DNA of 63,563 bases, counting the filler, from Chrysochromulina tobinii (Eukaryota): the NCBI GenBank assembly GCA_001275005.1. It is 6 parts of 6 records of this genome, joined end to end, with 100 filler letters (N's around TTAATTAATTAA, not from the genome) between each part and the next. Parts side by side here need not be neighbours in the genome. Positions count along the whole stretch, not along the records: positions 20,933 to 39,813 come from JWZX01000754.1; positions 39,914 to 52,612 come from JWZX01000757.1; 4 more parts are not named here. One strand, given 5' to 3'. The translations under genes and the position numbers were made by a program. Below, in pieces: positions 31,408 to 41,698 of the stretch (within the stretch, counting starts at the first letter, position 1; every line of letters begins with the position of its first letter). The notes under the pieces are model-generated. The model was not told where the DNA came from, did no database searches, and saw only the letters and a list, made by a program, of their open reading frames with translations.

Positions 31408-33111
31408 CTAGTGACCTAGCCGCTTTTCTACTACATACTTCTTGCCTCTGGGCCCAGCAACAGCCCCAAGGCTTGGCTGCCGATCCACCCACCATGACCC
31501 ATTGGTTGCCTCCGCCTGCGCCTTGCCCCACCTCCCGAACTCATCGCGCAGCATGCTAAAGCACGCCGTGAAGTTGCTCGTCCTTGCCGACATGGGGTCG
31601 CATTCGCACTCTGGGCCATACCACGATTGCTGAGCCTTTCTCGCAGAGTGGCAGTAATACGGCTTAGGTGGCTCGCCGTCGCAATGAGTGCTCTGCGTCT
31701 GCACGGGTCCGAGGAAGAGCGACTCGAAGGGAGCTCGATGCCGCTCTGTTGTAGTCGTGGCTATTGGCGAGGTCCTCACAACGCAGGGCCGCTTCATCCT
31801 CTGGCCGCGGTCGTTGTCACGGCATACCGGCGCGTGCATCATCTCATGGAATCGTGCGAGCGTCTTGGGGGATGGGTTTGTGCCAAGGGCAAGGCCGCCG
31901 TATTGCATGCAGCGGATCGACTTGCCACTCAAGAATTCTGGATCTGCATTGAGCCCGAGAATGTTGCCATCCTTGCTGATCGGATGGCTCCGAAACGTCA
32001 TGTGCTCGTAGGTAAAATCACGCAGCATGCGCACCCGCTCACGCGGCACGAAGCTCTGAATTGCGATGGAGTGCCAAAGGATGTCATTCCACCTGTGCGT
32101 GTAGATGGTGTTTGATGCGGCGACGAACGCGAGGTATGCTTGGACTTGAGGCTCCAGCCAGAAGGCAACGCGGCTTGCAAAGAAATTGTTGTAGATTCCG
32201 TAGAGAGGCCCGCACAGACGATACAGAAAGCGATCCAATCCGAGTTCAGAGCCAGGTCGGCTTATGTTCAGACGGCATGGCTCGAGCAACCACTTTGGGC
32301 GCACTTGATGCGCCTCGAGGAAGAGTTTCACAAATTTGAAGAAATTAGCTTCTTGCCACGGGCGGTCCCACACGGCCGCACGATAGACGTAATCGAGGCC
32401 TTCAGCACGCATGCGCTCGAAGACGTTGTACTGGATGGGGTCAAACACAAAAGAATCCTCGTCCATGCGCATCACGTATTCGTAGCCCTCTCGAGCAACG
32501 ATGCCCCAAAGTCCGATGGCAAAAAGCCGAATCATGTGTCGGTAGCCCACGCTGAAGGATCGTGCCTGCGCCCATTCGTTCCGAGGCGGCAAGCCAGGCG
32601 GCACCTCAAAATCGTAGGGCCCGAGTTGCTTGAATCGGCCAACGACATCCGGGCCCAGTTCCGCTAAGATGCTTCGCTGCGAGGTCATGTTGATATCCCC
32701 TGCATGCAGAAAAAGCATGTCGTCCCTGTTCCTGAAATTGTAATTCTGCATCAGCGAGCGGACACTGAGCCGAAGCAGCTGCAGTGAGTCACGACCGTAA
32801 CTCGAATGGCGTGCCTGGGCAAGGTACACGATGACGCCGAGCGTCTGGACTCGATTTGCCTGGATCATGGTGCTCGCTGTAATGACAGTGTCGTCCCACC
32901 CTTTGCCACGACTGCTGGTCTGGCAAGGTCGTGGGCACCCGCACAGGCCGAAATCGAAGCCGCTGCAATTGCCGATCACCGAGTCATTGGTCCCATGTCT
33001 CAAGAGAAGTTTCGCACGTTCGAGAACAGGTAGCAGAGCCGACATAGGTTTTCTTGCGGAATGCGATACTGTACTGTACGACACATCCCGTGAACAGTAA
33101 AATGGTTTCAT
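31408..33111 (-). CDS. GT15 family alpha-1,2-mannosyltransferase (KRE2/MNT1-like)
   Basis: GYRHMIRLF, YEYVMRMDEDS, IQYNVFERM, YNNFF..RVAFW, IYTHRWND. Start uncertain. Confidence 0.85.
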   Translation of the reverse strand: MKPFYCSRDVSYSTVSHSARKPMSALLPVLERAKLLLRHGTNDSVIGNCSGFDFGLCGCPRPCQTSSRGKGWDDTVITASTMIQANRVQTLGVIVYLAQARHSSYGRDSLQLLRLSVRSLMQNYNFRNRDDMLFLHAGDINMTSQRSILAELGPDVVGRFKQLGPYDFEVPPGLPPRNEWAQARSFSVGYRHMIRLFAIGLWGIVAREGYEYVMRMDEDSFVFDPIQYNVFERMRAEGLDYVYRAAVWDRPWQEANFFKFVKLFLEAHQVRPKWLLEPCRLNISRPGSELGLDRFLYRLCGPLYGIYNNFFASRVAFWLEPQVQAYLAFVAASNTIYTHRWNDILWHSIAIQSFVPRERVRMLRDFTYEHMTFRSHPISKDGNILGLNADPEFLSGKSIRCMQYGGLALGTNPSPKTLARFHEMMHAPVCRDNDRGQRMKRPCVVRTSPIATTTTERHRAPFESLFLGPVQTQSTHCDGEPPKPYYCHSARKAQQSWYGPECECDPMSARTSNFTACFSMLRDEFGRWGKAQAEATNGSWWVDRQPSLGAVAGPRGKKYVVEKRLGH

Positions 33112-33638
33112 CCGGTTTCACGTTCACAGTCAGTCAGTCAGTTTCGGGCACGTTAGTGTGGCCTCAATCAACGGCCTCAACCGTCCCCATACGACGTGAT
33201 GAACGCTGCTGACTGCCAAACACTGCCGTCGCCGCCGCATCTCGTCTGCACTGAACACTCAAGTGCCCTAGCGTGTCTTGCCGGCTTTCCGGCTTTCGGG
33301 GTCTCAGGTAATCGGGTACTAGCCTACTACTCGGATCTCGGTAAAAGATCGCGCAAGGCCCAACACACACCGGCCGACATCCGACAAACGATCGGATCAG
33401 CGCCCGGCCCGAAAGCGAAACGAGACCGCGTGCACACACTTGACGCTACAACTGTTATACAACTGTCGTTCGACTCACGACTGTAATATGATGGCACGCT
33501 TTTTATGGGGCAAATATCTCATTACTCATAGGAACATCGCACCATCCTCGGACTATCCTAAACGATCCCTTGAACTGGACTTCCTTGGACTTCGCTTCAC
33601 CAGATCCTTCTGCGGATGGAACTGCGCCTTGTTCTGCA

Positions 33639-36600
33639 TCAACGACTACCTGCTTTCCAATTGTCTTTCGCGGCGAAATCCAATTCCAATTGCTGTACGT
33701 CCAATTTCTTGGACGCATCTATTTGTCCCATGGCGGCGGCGCCCAGGTTGGTGAGCCACGACCCGATCGTTTTGCTGAGCTCGACGCCGCTGCGCACCAT
33801 GCTTCCGATGGCGCTGCTCTCGGCCGCAGCGAGAAGCGAGAAGTGCGCTTGAAGCTTCTGCGCCTTATTCAGATTTGCCTTGATGGAGCCGAGCTTGCGC
33901 TCAGCGACGCTCTGACGAGGCGCCATGAAGCGCATCAGCTTCTCCATGTCGTCGAAGGGCACCACGCGAGGGGCGAGAGGGTTGTCGAAGTCGAAGGCGG
34001 CATTGATGGCGGTGACCTGCCCTTCCGTCAAATGCTCTCCCAGTAATCTCACCAAGAATTGGAACTCGTCCTCCTGCAATCCCGAGTCCACCTCGAGCGC
34101 GGTGAGGTGCGCACGGTGCGCACTCGCGCCGTTGCGCAGCACCTCGCTACCGCGCAGGTGATACCGCTGAGCCTCGGCCCGGAACTCTCCCACCTGCCCA
34201 GCGAGACGATCGGCCGCCGCACGCAGGTGCACTCGCTTCTGGCGCAGCAAGTGCCATGCGGCTTCTCGGTATTCTGGCCCGTGAAGCGGGTCGGCGCTCG
34301 AGTAGAGCAGCTTCACGAGCACGTTACTCTCTTCGCGCCCGAATCCAGCGGTCTTGAGGTTCGAGAGCGTCGAGAGCATGTTGTCAAAGTGGGCAAGGGG
34401 CACGAGGGACTGGGCCTCGTCATCGAGGGTCGCTAGGACGTCAACGTCGTTGTCATCGATAGCCGTCTGCAGGCCAAAGGCGTGAAGCAGCCCCCTGCCG
34501 GCCGCCTGGGGGCTGCTTCGTGACTCGAGCACCTCGTCACGACTCTCGCGCCCCTCAGCCTTGAAGAGGCTACCACGCACCTGCTCCTCCAGTAAGCTTC
34601 GCCTCGCGCGTGCCTCATTCGACGGGCCACCCGCCTTGGCGCCTGCGCCGTCCAGGGCAGTGGCGCCATCCCCATCCTGACCGACAAGCGCCTTGAGCCA
34701 AATGGGTATACGCCCGGCGTCCTCCTTGACTGGTTTGGGCGCGAGCGTCACGATGCTGTGCTGCCTCAGCCCTAGTAGCTCCGCGTCCTCGTCGCGCTCA
34801 TCCGCTGCGAGCGGGCGGAGCTTACGCACAAAGTCCGCAAAAGAAATCGCATGCACGCGTTGCTGCCGCGGCTGGTACTCCTCATCGTGAAACGAAGCGT
34901 CTGGTGTCGGGCTCTCCTCGTCTGGAGTGCGAACCGTCAGCTTCGATGCGAATACAGCGTGCTTTTCGCTGGGCTGTGCGCTGGTAACGGCGCTTGAGCT
35001 TGCGTTCGTGACGGCGCCCGCGCTTGCGTTCGCGGCGGCGCCCCCACAGCTCTTCACCTCAGTCGCGAAGCCTTCGGAGAGCTCCTCGACCGCCCCGAGG
35101 ACTGCGTGCACGTTCTTGTTGAGGCTGAGCTTCTTGGTGGCCTTCAACGCTCCCCGCAACGCCGCGAACTTGCCCGGTACCTTGCCCACCGTTACCACCT
35201 TCTCCTTCACCGTCTTCTCCTCTGCAGTGGCCCCGTCCAAGCCCCGTTTCGGCGCGTCGAGCGACGCAAAGAGGCGCGTCAGCTCGGGGGCGCACCGGCG
35301 CAGATCGCTATCGGACCCATAGTCACCAAACAGCGCCACGAGCTTCTCAAACTCGGACAGAGAGATGGAGTCCCACTCATTGAACTCGGGCTGCTTACGA
35401 GGCGCCATCCCGTATCTGAGCACGGGCGGCTGCTGATGGCGTCGCAGGGCCGCCTGCTGGCCAGTCGAGGAGAGCATTTGCATGAGCAGTCCGCCCCGGC
35501 GCCGCGTGCGCAGCCGATGCCAGCCAGATGCCTTCTTTGGCGTCCCTGGCTGGTTGCCAAAGACGGTTCGCCGAAGGTCTCTGAGTTTCTGGGGTGTAGG
35601 TGTCACAGGCGACAGTCCCTGGTGTGAAGGCGACAGTCCCCGAGAAGGCGACAAGGCCCGGAGTGGGCTCAGTCTCGCCTGGGCGCACTCGAGCCAATCG
35701 CCTCGAGCCTGCTGTTCACGGCTAGGATGCTTGCGTGCGTCCTCGGCGTCCGCTTGAGCCTGCTTGCGTTTGAGCTCGTCGAGCTCGCGCCTCTGGAGAT
35801 CGAGTCGCTTCTCATAGGCACACTGGACTTCGAGAAGCTCGGCCTCGCTCAACGGGCGCGCGGATGTCCAGTCAGTGCCGCCGAGCAGCAGCCATGCCTG
35901 TCGCGACGCCTCAGCGGCCACGGCCTCGTCGGGGCAGAAGATGGCGCGCAGCACGACGGCCACCTGATCGGGCGCGAAGCCGAGTGGTTGCATGCCGCCG
36001 AGGAGGCGGCGCGCGAACGCGTGCGATGCGAATGGCATGGCAACGAGCGTCTCTTGGTCTAGGGCGCGCCAGAGCTGCGCCTCCAACCGCACAGCGCCCA
36101 ACACGCCGCGCTCCATGTCGATCCCCCTGCGCGGTGCGCCGCGTGCCAGTTGCGCGAGCCTGCGCAACAGGCCACCCAGCTCCTCGAATTCCAGCACGCC
36201 GTTCTGGTCGGTGTCCAACTTGACGAACTCCGCCTTCACCGAGGATGCATCGATCGACTCGCCAAAGATGGCAAAGATCGACTGGACCTCGCGTAGCGTC
36301 AGGTGTCCGCGCCCCATTGGATCGAAGACAGCCCACGCCGGCTGGAGCGCCTCTGGTTCTTGCGTCACGAACATCGCACGCAGCACCGCGGCGGCTTGCT
36401 CGGGCTTGTACCCCGCACTGACGACGCTCTTGCGCATCCGGTCATACGCACGCTTGAATCGCTTGGGCACGCGTCGCTGCAGCTGACGCTCCTCGCGAAT
36501 CTCCGACTCCGTCGCCTCCTCAGCTCGGCTCTCCTCGAAGCGCTCGTTGCCCAACTCGACGCTCCGCAGCAAGCGTGCGAACTCGTGGTACGCCAGCCAA

Positions 36601-39164
36601 TTGTCCCAGTCAGCGAGCACGGACTGGAACTCGGTCTGATCGATCGTGCCGCTCTGATCCAAGTCGAACCGTTGCATGATCTTCTCGACGAGATCATCGG
36701 TCGCGTACTTGCCGACCTGGTTCAGCGCGGCCTTTAACTCATGCTTGTCGAGGCCGCCGCTGCCGTCCTGGTCGTAGTGGTCGTAGACGTGCAAGCTGTT
36801 CTGTGCTCGTAGGTCTGGCTTGAGCTCGACCGCGACATGTGCGAGCTCACGAGAGAATGCATCACTTGGGTTCGGCCCGAGGATCTTGCGTAAGGGTGCG
36901 AGGGTGCGAACAAGCTCGGCGCGATGGATGGAGCCAGTGCCCGCTGCAAAGAGGACGAATGCCTCCTTGATGTGCGCAGGCTCATGCGTCGCCATCGCAC
37001 GCACGAGGATTTTGATCTGCCCAACGGCATACCCAAGCTTCTGCAGCTCCCAGGCTAGTGCCTCCACCAGAGCAATGGACGCACCGTTCAACGGGACGTC
37101 TGGCAGCACCTGCTCTGCCCGAAGCCGCTCGGTCGCCGCTTGCTCCAAGAAGGCGTGGGCGGCGCTGCCGTCCTCATGAGCTTGTTCAGCACGCTCGAGC
37201 TCAGACAGCTTGGCGGAGGTGACCGCCTTCACGTCCGCCTCATAGCGCTCTCTCCCGAGCACAAAACGGCGGCGTGGGTCATCGAGGCAGCCCTCGAGCA
37301 ACGCTTCAATCCTCTCCGGCCGTTGAAGATGGAAGGCATGCTGCAGCAGGGCGAGGGTCTGTGCGTTTGGGGGGACCCCGAGTGGCGGCCACGGTGCGGG
37401 GAGCGCCCGGGCCAGCAGCTCCGCACGGCGCTTGAGCTCCCGAAGCAGACGCACCGCGTCACGCACCGTGCGCAGCTGCAGCGCATGGCGCACCTGCGAA
37501 ATCGTCACGAAGAGGCACCGACCAGGCGTCATCAATCGCAATCCAGGGCGATCCAGGGCGATCAAGGATCATCCAGGGCGATCAAGGATCATCCAGGGCG
37601 ATCAAGGATCATCCAGGGCGATCAAGGATCATCCAGGGCGATCAAGGATCATCCAGGGCGATCAAGGACCATCCAGGGCGATCAAGGATCATCCAGGGCG
37701 ATCAAGGACCATCCAGAGCGATCGGTCATTTCAGGCGACCCTCACATGACGAAACAGTACTGACCAGACGACCTCCTCGGCGCTCTTCGTCGCCCAATCT
37801 GAGCCTCCCGCGTCCAACTGCCTGCTGAGCGCAACGGAGGAGGTAAGCGCAAGGCCTTCTGGTAGGCCTTCCGAAGTCTCCAAATTTGGCAAGTCGACCC
37901 CCGCTGCTGCTCGGGTCGTTGTGCCGTCTGCCGCTGCCTCCGCGAGCGCATCCGCTCGTAGGTCTGGCGGCGCGCCGCTGCCTCGACGCCGATTCGAGCT
38001 CGCCGCCGACTTGGTGCGGCGTGAGCGCCGCTGCGCTTGTCGCTCCTGTCGCTCCTGCTCCTGCTGCTGCTGGTCCCGCTGGTGCTGGAGCTCGGTCGCT
38101 CTCTCGTCGACCTCCTCGGCTCGGCGCCTCGCAAGCGCTCGCTGGTACATGGAGAGGGGGCCACGCAACGCAAAGCGGCTCAGTCGCTTTTCATTCTCGA
38201 GTCGCTTCTCTTCAGTCGCTGCGTCGCCTCCGCCCCCGCCCCCGCCCCCGCCCCCGCCTTCGCCGCCGTTCACGCCGCCGCCCTCGCGTAACGTTCCCAC
38301 CTCACGGACACACGCAAACGTGAACCCCTCGTGGGACGGTCCGACAGGCGCTGGTGGCTCTTCAGCGGGCGGCGCGTCTGCTCCGAGCGGCGGCCCAAAC
38401 TTCTCACCTGGCCGACGCAGTCGCAGCAACGCCACGTACCGCCGTGAGAATCGGTTGTACTTGCCCCGAGCAGCCGCCACATGTGAGTCAGCAGTCAGCT
38501 CGGCCACGGTGACGGTGTGGCCGCGCTGCTGGGCGCGCTCGCGCACGGTGGCCTCCTCGTGCTTCATCTCGACACGCGCTTCCTCGCACTTGCGCTGCAG
38601 CCATGTCAGCTCGTGCTCCAGTTCAGCCAGCGTCTCCGGCTGCCTCACGCGGGCCTCTGAGTGCTGGCCGTCATCCAAGGCGGCGAGGTGCTTGGCGCGG
38701 CGCTCGTTGGCCTGCGCCACGCGCGCATCGAGAGCGGCGAATGCAGCAGCCGCCGTCATACGCTCGTCCTCGGCCACGGCCAGCAACTCCACCGAGCGAT
38801 TCATTGCCGTTTCCTTGGCCAACCCAATCGCTAGCTCAAGCGTGCCTTCGCTATCGAAGAGCATCGGCGGCGGCGGACGCGAGCGGTCCCTGCCGGCGGC
38901 CCGTGCCTTACGGCTCGCATGCGATTTAGCCTTGTAGTGTGAAGTCGTATGCTGCTTGAGCTGCTCGGCAGTGGGCAGAGGTATGACGCGGCGTGCGGCC
39001 TCGTTCACGGCCGAGAGTGCAATGCGCTTGAGTCGCAGCTCATGATCAAATTGCTCCCTCTTGTATGAGGCGAGCGCACTGCACTGCATCTCTATCTCGC
39101 CTGCGTCTTCCATGACCGGAGGATGCGCACCAGCGCCTGGAAGGAGCGCGAGTGGCATCTGCAT
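33639..39164 (-). CDS. Large EF-hand calcium-binding protein, at least 2 exons
   Basis: EF hands DQDGSGGLDKHE, DLDQSGTIDQTE, DPMGRGHLTLRE, DTDQNGVLEFEE. ORFs 37731-39164 and 33639-37565 join through an intron at about 37494-37745 (GTGAGG...TTTCGCAG). Confidence 0.7.
37541..37722 (-). repeat. Intronic tandem repeat, 20-nt unit ATCCAGGGCGATCAAGGATC (about 8 copies)
   Basis: Visible directly; inside the EF-hand gene intron. Confidence 0.9.
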
Positions 39165-39398
39165 GCGCCTTCAAAAGTTGCAAGCGTTAGACTCACGACT
39201 TTTCGTGAAGCTCAACACGCCTCTCTGTCGCTTCACGTCCCTGCCGATGAACTGTCTATCCTCACGCTACCTCGCCGCCGTGAACGCAAAACAGGTGCGC
39301 ACGGTGGTCCCTCCCTAGAAGGGAATGGGCTAGGCATGTATCCCCCGCTCGAGATTTCATCTCGCGGTCCACTAAGGTTGATCGATCGCTCACGCAGG

Positions 39399-39532
39399 TC
39401 AGAATCGCGATTGACGAAACCCGGTTCGGGTAAGCAATTGACGAAACCTGTCCACACGGGTCAGAATCGCAATTGACGAAACCCAGATCGGGTAGCAATT
39501 GACGAAACCTGCCCGCGGTGATTGACGAAACC
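39399..39532. repeat. Five copies of ATTGACGAAACC within a ~61-nt tandem duplication
   Basis: Copies at 39410, 39437, 39472, 39498, 39521. Confidence 0.8.
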
Positions 39533-40314
39533 TTGGTCGTGGCCATGATGAGAACCCCCCATTTGGTGATACATGCGGGACCACTGTGTGCACCCGTGCC
39601 TATTGTCGTGTTTGAATTCCTGGCTGGCTGTCCCTTGAGCTGCAAGCCTTGTGTTATTCCTGGTGTGCGATCGGGGGCCGCCGGCTCGCGTCGTGCTGAG
39701 CGCCCCGCAGGGGGGTGGTGGGTGGGAAAAAAGAAGGAGAGGCTGCGCCCGCGCTGCCTGTCGCACGCTGTCAAGTGGCGACGAGCCCTTGATCTTCGTG
39801 AGGGATGGGGATTNNNNNNNNNNNNNNNNNNNNNNNNNNNNNNNNNNNNNNNNNNNNTTAATTAATTAANNNNNNNNNNNNNNNNNNNNNNNNNNNNNNN
39901 NNNNNNNNNNNNNCCGTCTTGTTCTTCCGTGACTTCTTCGTAGATTATTGCGCCGATCTTCGTCGACAGCAGCGCGAGCTACGACAAGCAGTTCCGCGAT
40001 CTTTGTACGCCGTGCGACGGCAGCGTCGAGCGCTTTTTGAGCATCATCCATCGCGTGGTCGGTGAGCGGCGAACAATATCAGCTAGAGAAGTGGCACCGA
40101 CATTCGCGATGCACGAAAGTCGGTGCCACTCCCAGGATCCCACACTGCGGAAAAACCGCCTCCCCCCCTAAGCCAGGACGGACACCGAGACATCCACACT
40201 CCACACCGCGACAACGCGCTTCGCCGAGTCGGTCTCCGTACAGCTCGGTTTCTCTTTTCAGACACGCGTGTTGCAAAAAGCGCCGTCGTGGTTTTTTGAG
40301 AAGTCGTTCTATCC

Positions 40315-41087
40315 ATGGGTGCGGCCTGCTGCTCTCGCCGCACCCAGCACCCGCGACGCCGCGAGTACCCTGGAATAAGCCTGTGCTACGCTGTGCCGCG
40401 TCTGACTGCCATGCTCTATCCTGCCCACAGCAAGCCCGTGGGGCCGCGGTGTCGGCGAGGGCATCGGCCTCTCCGGTCACAAGAATGAGTACAAGGCGGG
40501 CGTGCGAATTGGCAATTGGGTGGAGGAAAAGTTTGATAAGGAGTCGCCGCCGATCAGTGACTCGCTGCTTGTACGTTCACCCGTCTGCCCACTCGCCGCG
40601 CGCATGCTCTCTCCACCTGCTCATCGCTGCTCACCGTTGCTGTGCCACCTTGCATTGGTTGCCCCCACAGAATTTCATGAAGATGCAGGAGTCCCGTGAC
40701 ATTGCGGCAGCGATCAGGAATCCGTCGAACGGCGTGGTGGTCGGCGCAGTGCCGCCTATGGCAGTGGAGCCTAAGCAGGGCGTGCACAACGCCATGCTCT
40801 TTTCGCACGGTCCCGAGATGGGCTTGGATTTTAAGGCGACGATGACAGCGCTGCACTTTACGGACCCTCTCAAACGCGACCCCGACATGGTGAATTCCAA
40901 CGACCGTGTGCACAAGTCGTTCTTCTACGGTTCAAAGCACATCGACTTCATTGTGCCCAAGGTGGCCCCCCACCCTCGACTGGAGCTGATGTCGTCGAAG
41001 AAGGGGATATGGAGCGAGCAGATGACGCAGCCGTTGCCCGTGCGCCTAGACATGTACGAGACGACCAACAAGGCGTTTGGCTACTGA
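40315..41087 (+). CDS. Small flagellar microtubule-inner-protein-like gene (CFAP107-type GNW motif), 3 exons
   Basis: Introns 40319-40430 and 40571-40670 give MASPWGRG...YKAGVRIGNWVEE...MLFSHG in frame. Confidence 0.6.
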
Positions 41088-41698
41088 GGAGCGGGTGCAC
41101 CGCGCCGAGCGCATGCTTACGATATGCCGTCCACTCGTGCGTCTGTGTGGCGTCCAGCGTGGTGGGTATGCATCTGTTGACGTGTGGGGAAGTCTCATCT
41201 CTCAAGAGTCAAGTCTTTGAAAATACTGACATGTATATCCGGTGACGACGCGCCTCGTCTGACGGGCGGTCCTCAATCGCCGGCGATTTCCGACAAACGA
41301 TACCGAAAGTGACGAATTGGAATTCGCGATCTAGCGCATGCGATGATGATCTCGCGCCCCCGCGCCCCGGCGCCCGGGGATCTCACGTCGTTGAGTCGAT
41401 TATAAAGTCGAGCGGAGGGCCGGGCGCACACCTAACTTACTTTTTTACTTGGGCCCCGGGCGCACACCTCGCCTCCCGCTGGGCTGCCGTTCCCGGCACC
41501 CGACCCGGGCACTGCCTCTGGATTCGCAGATCGCACCGACGACATCGGTCGCGCATCGGCACAAACGCGGCACTGCCACTGGCCCGTGCCACCGGCCCGT
41601 GCCACCGGCTTCTGGGTTCTGCTTTGCTTCTGGCGCCGCGGCGTCGATCGCGCTCACGAGAGGCCATCGAGCGATCCTACTTCCTAGGGCGCTCTAGC

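Noticed and set aside
39399..39532. Possible CRISPR array
   Set aside because: The repeat is only 12 nt, the spacers are themselves duplicated, there are no cas genes, and the context is eukaryotic.
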